Source: Ruminococcus sp. UBA4240
Lineage (GTDB): Bacteria > Bacillota > Clostridia > Oscillospirales > Ruminococcaceae
Length of the DNA: 64,000 nucleotides
Direction of reading: 5' to 3'
NCBI GenBank assembly: GCA_002395525.1
Contig: DGXE01000024.1
Coordinates: 18,692 to 82,691 of the forward strand
How positions within the stretch are numbered: the stretch's first letter is position 1; the number at the start of each line of letters is the position of its first letter. The position numbers and the translations under genes were made by a program. The notes beneath the pieces were generated by a model that worked only from the letters and a program-made list of their open reading frames with translations, did no database searches and had not been told where the DNA came from. This document shows, piece after piece, positions 46,257 to 57,648 of this stretch.

Positions 46257-47165
46257 ATGACCGATATCATTATTATTGGAGCAGGAACGGCGGGTATGAC
46301 CGCCGCCATATATGCCCGCAGAGCCGCAAAGACTGTGATCGTGTTTGAGGGCATGAGCTACGGCGGACAGATAATCAATACCCCGGAGATAGAGAACTAT
46401 CCCGCAATTGCGGGGATATCGGGCTTTGACTATGCCACAAAGCTCTTTGAGCAGTGCTCGGCCTTAGGTGCCGAGATACGCTTTGAAAAGGTCACCGCCC
46501 TTGAAGATAAAGGCGCTGTGAAGGCCGTCACCACCCCTAACGGCACATACGAGGCAAAGGCGGTCATCATCGCCACCGGGTCGGAAAACAGAAAGCTGGG
46601 CGTAGAGCGGGAGGATGCCCTTGTGGGAAAGGGCATATCCTATTGTGCCACCTGCGACGGCGGCTTTTACAGGGGCAAGAGGGTAGCCGTGGTAGGCGGC
46701 GGCAACACAGCCCTTGAAGATGCCCTTTACCTTGCGGATATTGCAAGCGATGTGTACCTTATCCACCGCAGGGATACCTTCAGAGGGGAGCAGGCCACGG
46801 TCGACAGCCTTTCTGCCCGTGAGAACGTGCATTTCGTGCTGTGCAGCAGGGTGACGGCTCTTGTGGGAGACCCCCGCCTTGAAGGCATCGAGGTCACCGA
46901 CAATGAGGGCAATGTGCAGGTGATACAGGTAAGCGGCCTGTTCGTGGCTGTGGGCAGGATACCCAACAACAGGGAATTTGCACAGCTCATCCCCCTTGAC
47001 GAGGGCGGATATGTGGCAGCCGGAGAGGACTGCACCACCCCCGTGCCCGGCATATTTGCCGCCGGGGACAACCGCAGCAAGGCGGTAAGACAGCTTGTCA
47101 CCGCTGCCGCCGACGGGGCGGTGGCTGCAACACAGGCTATATCCTATATCAATCTGGGCAGCTGA
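46257..47165 (+). CDS. trxB: thioredoxin-disulfide reductase
   Basis: 302 aa, IIIIGAGTAGMTAAIYA, redox-active CATCDG, VVGGGNTALEDALYL. Confidence 0.92.
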   Translation: MTDIIIIGAGTAGMTAAIYARRAAKTVIVFEGMSYGGQIINTPEIENYPAIAGISGFDYATKLFEQCSALGAEIRFEKVTALEDKGAVKAVTTPNGTYEAKAVIIATGSENRKLGVEREDALVGKGISYCATCDGGFYRGKRVAVVGGGNTALEDALYLADIASDVYLIHRRDTFRGEQATVDSLSARENVHFVLCSRVTALVGDPRLEGIEVTDNEGNVQVIQVSGLFVAVGRIPNNREFAQLIPLDEGGYVAAGEDCTTPVPGIFAAGDNRSKAVRQLVTAAADGAVAATQAISYINLGS

Positions 47166-47187
47166 GGAAAGGCAGACAGGTCTTGCA

Positions 47188-47826
47188 ATGAAAAAGGATA
47201 TTATGGACCCTTCCGGGTTTGTGCTGCTGTCGGACTATGTGCCCGGCATGATACAGGAGATACGCTACTTCTCCACCTACAACTTCGTGGGGGACAGGAT
47301 AAACGGCTATGAGGAGCCGGTTGCCCTTATGACCGCACAGGGGGCGAGGGCTCTGCGCAGGGCGGCGGATGAGCTGAATGTGAAGGGCTACCGCATCAAG
47401 GTGTTTGATGCCTACCGCCCCGCAAGGGCTGTGGAGCACTTTGTCATGTGGGGCATCGAGGATATGGATCTGCGGATGAAACCCTATTTCTACCCCGGGC
47501 TTGAAAAGCAGGAGCTTTTTGCAAAGGGGTACATCGCAGGCAAGTCCTCCCACAGCAGGGGCAGCACGGTGGATCTCACCTTGCTTGACATGGCAAGCGG
47601 CAGAGAGGTGGATATGGGCGCACCCTTTGACTATTTCGGGGAGATTTCACACCCGGATTTCAAAGGCATTACCGAGGAGCAGTACGAAAACCGCCTTATC
47701 CTCAGGAATGCCATGCTGAGAAACGGCTTTCTCCCCATAGACTGCGAGTGGTGGCACTTCACCCTGGCAGATGAGCCCTATCCCGATACCTATTTTGATT
47801 TTCCCATAACATCGAAGATGATCTGA
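47188..47826 (+). CDS. D-alanyl-D-alanine dipeptidase (VanX/DdpX, peptidase M15D)
   Basis: The start at MKKDIMDPSG is preferred. SSHSRGSTVDLTL and EWWHFTL are the zinc/catalytic motifs. The ORF track start at 47095 lies inside trxB. Confidence 0.85.
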   Translation: MKKDIMDPSGFVLLSDYVPGMIQEIRYFSTYNFVGDRINGYEEPVALMTAQGARALRRAADELNVKGYRIKVFDAYRPARAVEHFVMWGIEDMDLRMKPYFYPGLEKQELFAKGYIAGKSSHSRGSTVDLTLLDMASGREVDMGAPFDYFGEISHPDFKGITEEQYENRLILRNAMLRNGFLPIDCEWWHFTLADEPYPDTYFDFPITSKMI

Positions 47827-48309
47827 ATGAAAAAAGAAGAAAAGACCAATGTAATGCGTATCTTAGACGCAAAGAAGATAAGCTACACCCCCCACAGCTA
47901 CACCGCCGATCCCACCCTTACCGGGGAGGATATTGCGGCTATACTGGGGGAGGCTCCGGAGCAGGTGTTCAAGACCCTTGTTACAAGGGGGAAGACAGGG
48001 GCATACTATGTGTTCGCTGTCCCCGTGAACGCAGGGCTTGACCTTAAAAAAGCCGCCAGAGCCGCCGGGGAGAAGTCCGTAGAGATGATAAAGCAGAAGG
48101 AGCTGCTGCCCCTTACAGGCTATGTCCACGGGGGCTGCTCCCCCATAGGCATGAAAAAAGCCTTCAGGACATTTATCCACGAGACTGCCATTCTGTATGA
48201 CACTATATGTGTAAGCGCAGGGAAGGTGGGCTGCCAGATAGAGCTGTCCCCCGCAGATCTTATAGATGCGGCATCCCTCACCACAGCAGATGTGGCAGGA
48301 GAGGCATAG
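47827..48309 (+). CDS. ybaK: Cys-tRNA(Pro)/Cys-tRNA(Cys) deacylase
   Basis: 160 aa, FKTLV...YVFAVPV...TGYVHGGCSPIGMKK is typical of YbaK. Confidence 0.85.
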   Translation: MKKEEKTNVMRILDAKKISYTPHSYTADPTLTGEDIAAILGEAPEQVFKTLVTRGKTGAYYVFAVPVNAGLDLKKAARAAGEKSVEMIKQKELLPLTGYVHGGCSPIGMKKAFRTFIHETAILYDTICVSAGKVGCQIELSPADLIDAASLTTADVAGEA

Positions 48310-48330
48310 AAACACTTAGATATAACAGAA

Positions 48331-48365
48331 ATGCAGATCCTTTCAAAGGGTCTGCATTTTTTTTG
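48331..48365 (+). terminator. rho-independent terminator
   Basis: ATGCAGATCC / GGGTCTGCAT stem followed by TTTTTTTT. Confidence 0.8.
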
Positions 48366-48449
48366 CCCCGGATGAAAAAAAGCCCCTCTTTTTGTTAGTA
48401 TCTTGTTATAGTGGATGTGGTATACTCATAATCAAAGGGGGCAACAAAC

Positions 48450-49160
48450 ATGAAATTCGATGCATTTACAAAGGTTATTATAGGTGTGGTTTTAGGAGCG
48501 GTAGTAATTACCGTTATCCTTTCCAATATGGGGCTCATCGGGATAAAGCATGAGACGGCAGTCCTCCGTGAAAAGCCCGTGAAGGCAGAGATCGTCGTAT
48601 TTACCGATGATATAGATACATCCGATTCCCTTTCCGCCGCATACAGGTTTTACTGCGCCAATACGGACAGCTACTATACCTGCCCGGAGGATGCCCTTGC
48701 AGATGCAGGGGATGAGAACGCCGCCGTGTGCGATGCCTGGGTCATGGCAAATACAGACTGCGCCTATGAACCCTCCTCCGCATATCCCTGGTTCTGCGAA
48801 AGGGTGGGCAAGTACTTCACCTGTGAGGAGGATGCCATTGCCGCAGCCGAGGCTGCGGGAGGCAGCAGGGACGATGTAAGCCTTGCCGGTGTACAGGTGA
48901 CCACCTCCTCCGGGGCAAGCGTTGTCTACCCCTGGAAGAACCTTTCCACAGGCCGCTTCTACATGACAAAGGCGGATGCCGCTGCCGCCTCCGGCGGTGA
49001 TGAGGGCATGGTGACCCTTGCCTATGAGAACTACTGCACCGACAGTGCCGACGAAGCTCACCCCTGGTTCAACACCGCCTCCGGGAAGTATTACGCTACC
49101 GAAGCTGCTGCCAATGCAGCAGGGGACGGCGTGACCTTCCTGTGCGGCGAGAGCTTCTGA
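48450..49160 (+). CDS. membrane-anchored protein with 4 YPW(F/Y)-type repeats (paralog family of 40742)
   Basis: 236 aa with an N-terminal TM anchor. The repeats are YRFYCANTDSYYTCPEDA, YPWFCERVGKYFTCEEDA, YPWKNLSTGRFYMTKADA and HPWFNTASGKYYATEAAA. Confidence 0.75.
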   Translation: MKFDAFTKVIIGVVLGAVVITVILSNMGLIGIKHETAVLREKPVKAEIVVFTDDIDTSDSLSAAYRFYCANTDSYYTCPEDALADAGDENAAVCDAWVMANTDCAYEPSSAYPWFCERVGKYFTCEEDAIAAAEAAGGSRDDVSLAGVQVTTSSGASVVYPWKNLSTGRFYMTKADAAAASGGDEGMVTLAYENYCTDSADEAHPWFNTASGKYYATEAAANAAGDGVTFLCGESF

Positions 49161-49267
49161 AAAAATTTTTGAAAACCCTGAGTTTTTGTTAGGGTGTTGT
49201 TATGGTCGGTATGATATAATTGATACATCAAAGAGAGAAAAACCTTTGAATTGAAAGGAGCAGATAT

Positions 49268-49750
49268 ATGACAAAGATGAAATTAAGAGCAATGACAGTA
49301 GCTTTAATGATAATGTCCCTGTGCGGTGCAGGCGTTATGGCGGCAAGTGATGCCCCTGCCTGTGAGAAGGAGCTGCCCACCCTTTCCTCCATGCACCAGA
49401 CAGCAGCTGAGACAGCCGTAAAGCCCCCGATAAAGAGTCCCGAAAAGCCCCCGATAAAGAGTTCCGACAGACTTACGGGAGTCTACTGCTGGTACTGTGA
49501 GCATACAGGAAGATATTACATTGACGAGGAAGATGCCTACAACGACCAGCCCTATGCCGAGGCAGAGATATACAACGCATGGGAGCTGATGAACCAAGAT
49601 ACCACATACGTTCCCGACGAGAACCACAGATGGTGCAGCACAAGGACCGGCCTTTGCTACGCCTCCAAGGGAGCAGCCCTTGACATCACCATGGCAATGG
49701 GCGGCACTGCCAGCGAAGTAATAGACGTATCTGAGTACATCAAGAAGTAG
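49268..49750 (+). CDS. secreted small protein with 2 divergent repeats of the same family
   Basis: 160 aa with a signal peptide. Carries a tandem PPIKSPEK/PPIKSSDR motif, then YCWYCEHTGRYYIDEEDA and HRWCSTRTGLCYASKGAA. Confidence 0.7.
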   Translation: MTKMKLRAMTVALMIMSLCGAGVMAASDAPACEKELPTLSSMHQTAAETAVKPPIKSPEKPPIKSSDRLTGVYCWYCEHTGRYYIDEEDAYNDQPYAEAEIYNAWELMNQDTTYVPDENHRWCSTRTGLCYASKGAALDITMAMGGTASEVIDVSEYIKK

Positions 49751-49819
49751 TATAAACAAACACGCTTGTGTCTCTTTACAGAGTTTTCATACACTTTCTC
49801 CTTCCCCCCTATACAGCAG

Positions 49820-49858
49820 CCCCCCTGACCGGATCTTCGGCAGGGGGGGTGTTGTATT
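49820..49858 (+). terminator. probable rho-independent terminator
   Basis: CCCCCCTG...CAGGGGGG stem followed by TGTTGTATT, which is a weak T tract. Confidence 0.5.
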
Positions 49859-50074
49859 AGAAGCAAGAAACAAGATGCAAGAAGCAAGATCATGTGATGA
49901 TGACCATGCGGCTTGCACCCTCTTTCCACACAAAAGCGCAGCGTTTAAGGGCAGCCATATGGTCATCGTCACATCATCGCAAAAGCAGCGCTTTTGCGAA
50001 ACACAGCAGAGGGCAGCAGCAAGCCATTCCCCGTCACTCTTTCTTGCCTCTTGCCTCTAACCTCTAACTTCTAT
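49857..50074. repeat. intergenic element 3 bounded by inverted heptamer arrays, with a highly structured core
   Basis: The left array is TTAGAAG CAAGAAA CAAGATG CAAGAAG CAAGATC (49857-49891). The right array is TTTCTTG CCTCTTG CCTCTAA CCTCTAA CTTCTAT (50040-50074). The core holds an imperfect stem of about 25 bp (49888-49912 / 49954-49978) and a perfect hairpin GCAAAAGC-AGC-GCTTTTGC (49979-49997). Confidence 0.85.
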
Positions 50075-50472
50075 CCGGGCAGACAACTCTTGTCCTCACA
50101 TTCCCTGCATTTTTCGATGTGGCGCTTGAGCTTGTTGAAGGATTCGGAGCTGATGTCGTGCTCCAGCTTGCAGGCATCCTCTGCGGCAAGGTCGCCGTCC
50201 ACGCCCAGGTTTTTCAGCCAGTCGGTCAGCACAACGTGCTTTTCGTATATGCTCTCTGCCACTATGCGCCCCGCCTGTGTAAGGGTGATGTAGCCGGAAT
50301 CGTCGATGTTGATGAAGCCGCCCTCCTTAAGCAGACCCACGGCACGGCTCACACTGGGCTTTGATACCTGCATCTCACGGGAAATGTCGATGGAGCGCAC
50401 TTCCCCGCTCCTGTTGTGTATGATAAGTATGCTTTCAAGGTAGTCCTCGCCGGATCTTCTCAGTTCGTGCAT
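50071..50472 (-). CDS. DtxR/MntR family metal-dependent transcriptional regulator
   Basis: 133 aa, GEDYLESILII...ISREMQVSKPSVSRAV (wHTH), a DtxR dimerisation region, and a Cys-rich tail CRECEDKSC. Confidence 0.8.
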   Translation of the reverse strand: MHELRRSGEDYLESILIIHNRSGEVRSIDISREMQVSKPSVSRAVGLLKEGGFINIDDSGYITLTQAGRIVAESIYEKHVVLTDWLKNLGVDGDLAAEDACKLEHDISSESFNKLKRHIEKCRECEDKSCLPG

Positions 50473-50693
50473 AATGACCCTCCCTTATGATTTGTCACCA
50501 TTATTTTAATATATTAAAGCGTTTTTGTCAAGGGGGGAGGAGGATAACCACAAAATCAAATTTTACAAAATCAATCACGGCAGCTCACCGGGGAGCGGTA
50601 TGCAAAGCCCCGGATGATGACAACCATAAACGGCATGAGCCGAGGGTCAGCCTGCTGCTTCGGGGGTGTGCGGAAAAAACTCTTTTTCACCCC

Positions 50694-50722
50694 TTGCATT
50701 TATAATCGTGATGTGGTATAAT
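50694..50722 (+). promoter_or_regulatory. sigma-A type promoter of pyrG
   Basis: TTGCAT (50694-50699), 17-nt spacer, TATAAT (50717-50722). The leader is about 93 nt. Confidence 0.6.
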
Positions 50723-50803
50723 ATTCTAAATGTGTTTATTTGCCATGTACGCCGTCGGGAACATAGTGCCGCAAGTGCCTGTTCCGGGGGTACAGCGAAC
50801 TAA

Positions 50804-52429
<1,626 letters not shown>

Positions 52430-52447
52430 GCCGCAGTGGAGATAAAG

Positions 52448-54682
52448 ATGAAGAGTAACCATAGATTTTTTGCCTTTGCTGCCGCTGTGATGATGCTCTC
52501 CGGGATCAGTATGCCCGTATCCGCCGAGGAGCGCACCTTCACCGTGGGCTTTGATGCAGAGTTCCCCCCCTACGGCTATCAGGACGAAAGCGGGGAGTAC
52601 GTGGGCTTTGACCTTGACCTGGCACAAGAGGTGTGCAAGAGAAACGGCTGGGAGCTGGTAAAGCAGCCCATAGACTGGGACTCCAAGGATATGGAGCTTT
52701 CCACAGGGGCGATCGACTGCATCTGGAACGGCTTTACCATAGACGGCAGAGAGGATGCCTACACCTGGTCGGTGCCCTATATCGACAACTCACAGGTAAT
52801 AGTAGTGAAGGAGGATTCGGGAATATCCGAAGCCTTGGACCTTGCAGGGAAGACTGTCTGCGTACAGGCGGATTCCTCAGCCCTTGCCGCCCTTACGGGG
52901 GAGGATGCAACGGATGAGAACAAGGCGCTGTGTGCCTCCTTTGCGGAGCTTTCCCAGGTGGGGGACTACAACAGCGCATTCTTAAACCTTGATACAGGCG
53001 CTGTGGATGCGGTCATACTGGACTACGGCGTGGCAAACTACGAGGTGGCCAGCCGCAGCGGCTTTATCATTCTCGAAGAGCCTATATCCTCGGAGAAATA
53101 CGGCGTGGGCTTTCTCAAAGGCAACACCGCCCTTCGTGATACAGTGCAGAACACCCTCTTTGACATGGCTGATGACGGCACCTTCGGGACAATAGCCGAA
53201 AAATGGGACTTGTCCGACAGCGTGTGCATATCCCAGTACTACCGTGCCCAGTCATTTGTTGATATGGACACCTTCACCGTGGGCTTTGATGCAGAGTTTC
53301 CCCCCTACGGCTATCAGGACGAAAGCGGGGAGTATGTGGGCTTTGACCTTGATCTGGCACAAGAGGTGTGCAAGAGAAACGGCTGGGAGCTGGTAAAGCA
53401 GCCCATAGACTGGGACTCCAAGGACATGGAGCTTTCCACAGGGGCGATCGACTGTATCTGGAACGGCTTCACCATAGACGGCAGAGAGGATGCCTACACC
53501 TGGTCGGTGCCCTATATAGACAACTCACAGGTAATAGTGGTGAAGGAGGATTCGGGAATATCCGAAGCCTTGGACCTTGCAGGGAAGACTGTCTGCGTGC
53601 AGGCGGATTCCTCAGCCCTTGCCGCCCTTACGGGGGAGGATGCAACGGATGAGAACAAGGCGCTGTGCGCCTCCTTTGCGGAGCTTTCCCAGGTGGGAGA
53701 CTACAACAGCGCATTCTTAAACCTTGACACAGGTGCTGTGGATGCGGTCATACTGGACTACGGCGTGGCAAACTACGAGGTGGAGAGCCGGGATGGCTTT
53801 ATCATTCTCGAAGAGCCTATATCCTCCGAGAAATACGGCGTGGGCTTTCTCAAAGGCAACACCGCCCTGCGTGACACAGTGCAGAACACCCTCTTTGACA
53901 TGGCTGATGACGGCACCTTCGGGACAATAGCCGAAAAATGGGGCCTGACCGACAGCGTGTGCATCGAGAGAGCAGCCGCCGGCACAGAAGCAGCCCCCGC
54001 TCCGGAAAAGAGCGGCAGCAAGTATTCCCTGTCAAACCTTGGGTTCATAGCATCACAGCTTTTAAAGGGGCTGCTGGCTTCCTGCAGCATATTCTTCCTC
54101 ACGCTTGTATTTTCCCTCCCCTTAGGGCTTATCATCGCCTTCGGGAGAATGTCGAGGATACGCCCCCTGCGGTGGCTGATAAAGCTGTACATCTCGGTAG
54201 TGAGGGGTACTCCTCTCATGCTGCAGCTGCTGGTGGTGTTCTTCGGCCCCTACTATATCTTCGGCATAAAGACGCCCTCATCCTATCGCTTTATAGCGGT
54301 GATAATCGGCTTCTCCCTCAACTATGCCGCCTACTTTGCAGAGATATACCGTGCAGGCATACAGGCAGTAAGCCCGGGACAGCATGAGGCTGCACAGATA
54401 CTGGGCTACACAAAGACACAGACCTTCTTCCGCATAATCTTCCCCCAGATGGTCAAAAACATCCTTCCTGCCGCCACAAACGAGATAATCACCCTTGTAA
54501 AGGATACATCCCTTGCCTTTGCGGTGTCCTATACCGAGATGTTCAACGCCGCAAAGCGGGTGGCAGCGGCACAGACCACTATCATGCCCCTTTTTGTGGC
54601 AGGCCTGTTCTACTACATCTTCAATGCCCTTGTGGCACTGGTGATGTCCAGGATAGAAAAGAGAATGAACTACTTCAAATAA
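52448..54682 (+). CDS. amino-acid ABC transporter fusion of two tandem substrate-binding domains plus a permease (GlnP-like)
   Basis: Signal peptide, two SBP_bac_3 domains of about 245 aa, then a His/Glu/Gln/Arg/opine-type permease (RGTPLMLQLLVVFF, EAA-like region HEAAQILGYTKTQTFFRIIFPQ). Confidence 0.85.
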   Translation: MKSNHRFFAFAAAVMMLSGISMPVSAEERTFTVGFDAEFPPYGYQDESGEYVGFDLDLAQEVCKRNGWELVKQPIDWDSKDMELSTGAIDCIWNGFTIDGREDAYTWSVPYIDNSQVIVVKEDSGISEALDLAGKTVCVQADSSALAALTGEDATDENKALCASFAELSQVGDYNSAFLNLDTGAVDAVILDYGVANYEVASRSGFIILEEPISSEKYGVGFLKGNTALRDTVQNTLFDMADDGTFGTIAEKWDLSDSVCISQYYRAQSFVDMDTFTVGFDAEFPPYGYQDESGEYVGFDLDLAQEVCKRNGWELVKQPIDWDSKDMELSTGAIDCIWNGFTIDGREDAYTWSVPYIDNSQVIVVKEDSGISEALDLAGKTVCVQADSSALAALTGEDATDENKALCASFAELSQVGDYNSAFLNLDTGAVDAVILDYGVANYEVESRDGFIILEEPISSEKYGVGFLKGNTALRDTVQNTLFDMADDGTFGTIAEKWGLTDSVCIERAAAGTEAAPAPEKSGSKYSLSNLGFIASQLLKGLLASCSIFFLTLVFSLPLGLIIAFGRMSRIRPLRWLIKLYISVVRGTPLMLQLLVVFFGPYYIFGIKTPSSYRFIAVIIGFSLNYAAYFAEIYRAGIQAVSPGQHEAAQILGYTKTQTFFRIIFPQMVKNILPAATNEIITLVKDTSLAFAVSYTEMFNAAKRVAAAQTTIMPLFVAGLFYYIFNALVALVMSRIEKRMNYFK
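52534..53965. repeat. 735-bp-period tandem duplication (two near-identical SBD-coding copies)
   Basis: Copy 1 is 52534-53230 and copy 2 is 53269-53965. Only scattered mismatches are visible, so identity is well above 95% by eye. Confidence 0.9.
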
Positions 54683-54724
54683 GGTGCTGACAGTCCCGTC
54701 GGGGACGATCTGAAAGGGAACATA

Positions 54725-55501
54725 ATGATCTTACTTGAAACCAGAAACATAAAAAAATCCTTCGGTGATGTGCAGATACTCAAGGATGTGAGCATGAACG
54801 TGGAAAAGGGGGAGGTCATCTCCATCCTAGGTCCCTCCGGCTCCGGGAAGACCACCTTCCTGCGGTGCCTTGCCATGCTTGAGACCATAGACAGCGGAGA
54901 GATATCCTACCTTGGGGAAAAGGCAGCCACGACCCACACCGACCCCTCAGGCACAGCAAGAGCCGTCTACGCAAAGGGCAAAGAGCTTAAAAAGATAAAG
55001 AGCTATTTCGGTCTGGTGTTCCAGAACTTCAACCTTTTCCCCCATTACACGGTGATGCAGAACCTGACGGATGCCCCAATACACGTACAGGGGGTATCCC
55101 GTGAGGAGGCGGTGAAAAGGGCGGAGCACCTGCTTGAAAGGATCGGCATGACCGACCGTGCGGGGCACTATCCATCGCAGCTCTCCGGAGGGCAGCAGCA
55201 GCGTGTTGCCATAGCCCGTGCTTTGTGCATGGAGCCTCAGATACTCTTCTTTGACGAGCCCACCTCCGCACTTGACCCGGAGCTTACCGCAGAGATACTG
55301 AAGCTCCTTAAAGGCCTTGCCGCAGAGAAGATGACTATGGTGATAGTCACCCATGAGATAGACTTTGCCCGTGCAGTGTCTGACAGGGTCATATTCATGG
55401 ACGGGGGCGTTATCGTGGAGCAGGGGGCACCAAAGGATGTCATAGACAACCCCTCCAACGAACGCACAAGGGCATTCCTTAAAAAGATGCAGGAGATCTG
55501 A
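54725..55501 (+). CDS. amino-acid ABC transporter ATP-binding protein (GlnQ-like)
   Basis: 258 aa, Walker [10 protein letters not shown], signature [15 protein letters not shown], Walker [13 protein letters not shown]. Confidence 0.92.
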   Translation: MILLETRNIKKSFGDVQILKDVSMNVEKGEVISILGPSGSGKTTFLRCLAMLETIDSGEISYLGEKAATTHTDPSGTARAVYAKGKELKKIKSYFGLVFQNFNLFPHYTVMQNLTDAPIHVQGVSREEAVKRAEHLLERIGMTDRAGHYPSQLSGGQQQRVAIARALCMEPQILFFDEPTSALDPELTAEILKLLKGLAAEKMTMVIVTHEIDFARAVSDRVIFMDGGVIVEQGAPKDVIDNPSNERTRAFLKKMQEI

Positions 55502-55502
55502 T

Positions 55503-55982
55503 ATGGATATTAGAGTAGGCCACGGTTATGACGTGCATAAGCTGATAGCAGGCAGACCCCTTATCCTGGGGGGGAAGGAGATACCCTTCCCCTTCGGGCT
55601 TTTCGGCCATTCCGATGCGGATGTGCTGACCCATGCCATAATGGATGCCCTTCTTGGGGCGTGCGCCCTTGGGGACATAGGTCAGCACTTCCCCGACAGC
55701 GACGAAAAATACAAGGGTGCGGACAGCATCGACCTTCTGGAAAAGGTACGGGAGATAATAGGGGAAAAGGGCTATGCCATCGGCAACATAGATGCCACCA
55801 TCGTATGCCAGAAGCCCAAGCTTGCCCCCTTTATCCACGGTATGCGTGAAAACATTGCCGCCGCCTGCAGGATAGACATTGACAGGGTGAGCATCAAAGC
55901 CACCACCGAGGAGGGTCTTGGCTTTACCGGCAGAAGTGACGGCATAGCCGCCCATGCAGTGGCGCTTGTGACAAAGAACTGA
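55503..55982 (+). CDS. ispF: 2-C-methyl-D-erythritol 2,4-cyclodiphosphate synthase
   Basis: 159 aa, [37 protein letters not shown]. Confidence 0.95.
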   Translation: MDIRVGHGYDVHKLIAGRPLILGGKEIPFPFGLFGHSDADVLTHAIMDALLGACALGDIGQHFPDSDEKYKGADSIDLLEKVREIIGEKGYAIGNIDATIVCQKPKLAPFIHGMRENIAAACRIDIDRVSIKATTEEGLGFTGRSDGIAAHAVALVTKN

Positions 55983-56003
55983 TATATAAAGGGCAGTGAT
56001 GAT

Positions 56004-56660
56004 ATGGCTTTCTCCCCCGAGGGACTTGATTTTCTGACGGAAAATATGCTCAACAACAGCAGAGACTGGTTCCGGGAGAACAAGGGCAGATATGAGGAGC
56101 TGGTGGACAAGCCCATGAAGGCGCTTTCCGCAAAGCTCTGCGAATATGTGATGCAGATAGACAGCCGCCTTGAAGTGGTGCATATCTCCCGCATCTACCG
56201 TGATGCCCGCTTTGCCGCACACAAGGGGATATTCCGGGAGAATATGTGGGTATCCTTCAGTGCGGTAAAGGATCTGTACAAGTCTCTCCCCGCCTTTTAT
56301 TTTGACATCTCACCGGCAGGCGTGGAATACGGCTGCGGTTTTTATGTACCCCCGGACGGGGCTATGGAAAAGCTCAGGGGCATGGTAAAGGCGGGCTCGC
56401 CTTTGTACAATGCCGCCCAGGAGTGCATCGACACACATCCGGAGATCATCCTGTACGGGGACAAATACAAGCGGGACCGTTTCCCCGAAGCCTCCGAAAA
56501 GCAGAAGGAATGGCTTAACCGCAGGACCTGCGGCGCAAATGTTTATGTGACCGACCCTGCTGTGATGTTCTCCGAGGAGCTGGCGGATATTGTGGGCAGC
56601 TGCTTTATTGACATGGCGCCTGTGTACCGCCTGTGCCTTGCAGCAGCAGAGCAGGCGTGA
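56004..56660 (+). CDS. DUF2461 (TIGR02453) family protein
   Basis: 218 aa. FSPEGLDFLTENMLNNSRDWFRENKGRYEELV and IYRDARF are typical of the family. Confidence 0.7.
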   Translation: MAFSPEGLDFLTENMLNNSRDWFRENKGRYEELVDKPMKALSAKLCEYVMQIDSRLEVVHISRIYRDARFAAHKGIFRENMWVSFSAVKDLYKSLPAFYFDISPAGVEYGCGFYVPPDGAMEKLRGMVKAGSPLYNAAQECIDTHPEIILYGDKYKRDRFPEASEKQKEWLNRRTCGANVYVTDPAVMFSEELADIVGSCFIDMAPVYRLCLAAAEQA

Positions 56661-56663
56661 CAG

Positions 56664-56938
56664 ATAGAGGTTAGAGGTCAGCGATTAGAGGTCAGAGGGC
56701 GTGACAAAGATTGGTTTGCCTTGGTTTCTCTTTGCTGCCCCTCCTGTGGAACCCGCAGAGTGGATGAGGGAGCCTGCTATAGCGGCTGCTTTTGCAGGGA
56801 AAGAGTACGATAAGTGAGCAAGTCATCGTCACAGTATAGCCCCTCTCCGCATAGATCCTTACCTAACAGTTGAGGAGGGCAAGATGTCTGTGAGTTGTCA
56901 GCTTATCTTGCTTCTTGCTTCTATTATCTTGCATCTAT
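56664..56938. repeat. intergenic element 4 bounded by inverted heptamer arrays
   Basis: The left array is ATAGAGG TTAGAGG TCAGCGA TTAGAGG TCAGAGG (56664-56698). The right array is TATCTTG CTTCTTG CTTCTAT TATCTTG CATCTAT (56904-56938). Confidence 0.85.
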
Positions 56939-56956
56939 AAGGAAAGGAATGATGAT

Positions 56957-57646
56957 ATGGAACAGGCAAAGAAGATACTCATAGTAGATGATGAAAAGAA
57001 TATCCGCAATGTTATCAATGAATACGCCCGCTTTGAGGGGTACGAGACCGCCGAGGCCGAGGACGGTATGCAGGCGGTGGAGATGTGCCGCAAGGAGGAC
57101 TTTGACCTTATCATCATGGATATCATGATGCCAAAGCTTGACGGCTTTTCAGCGGTGAAGGAGATACACAAGGCAAAGCAGATACCCGTTATCATGCTGT
57201 CTGCCCGCAGCGAGGAATACGACAAGCTCTTCGGCTTTGAGCTGGGAGTGGAGGACTACGTGACCAAGCCCTTCTCCCCCAAGGAGCTGCTGGCAAGGGT
57301 GCGTGTGGTGCTAAAGCGCTCGCAGCCTGCCGAGGCGGCAGGTGCCAAGGAGGTCATGACCTTTGAGGGGCTTGAGATCAACATGAGCGGCAGGGAGGTC
57401 TATGTGGACGGCACAGCCGCACAGCTCACCCCCAAGGAATACGATCTGCTCTTCTACATGGTTCGCAACAAGGGCATTGCCCTTTCAAGGGAAAAGCTCC
57501 TTGAAGAGGTGTGGGGCTATGACTTCTTCGGGGATGACCGCACTGTGGACACCCACATAAAAATGCTGCGCAACTCCCTGGGGGAATACCGCAAGTTCAT
57601 AGTCACCCTGAGAGGCATGGGCTACAAGTTCGATGCAGGTAAATAG
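56957..57646 (+). CDS. OmpR-family response regulator
   Basis: The start at MEQAKKILIVDDE is preferred. Receiver Asp in DLIIMDIMMPKLDG. C-terminal winged helix (TVDTHIKMLRNSLG...RGMGYKF). Confidence 0.9.
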   Translation: MEQAKKILIVDDEKNIRNVINEYARFEGYETAEAEDGMQAVEMCRKEDFDLIIMDIMMPKLDGFSAVKEIHKAKQIPVIMLSARSEEYDKLFGFELGVEDYVTKPFSPKELLARVRVVLKRSQPAEAAGAKEVMTFEGLEINMSGREVYVDGTAAQLTPKEYDLLFYMVRNKGIALSREKLLEEVWGYDFFGDDRTVDTHIKMLRNSLGEYRKFIVTLRGMGYKFDAGK

Positions 57647-57648
57647 GC

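Noticed and set aside
55479-56222. 247-aa minus-strand ORF
   Set aside because: It is antisense to ispF and the DUF2461 gene, both of which have strong motif support.
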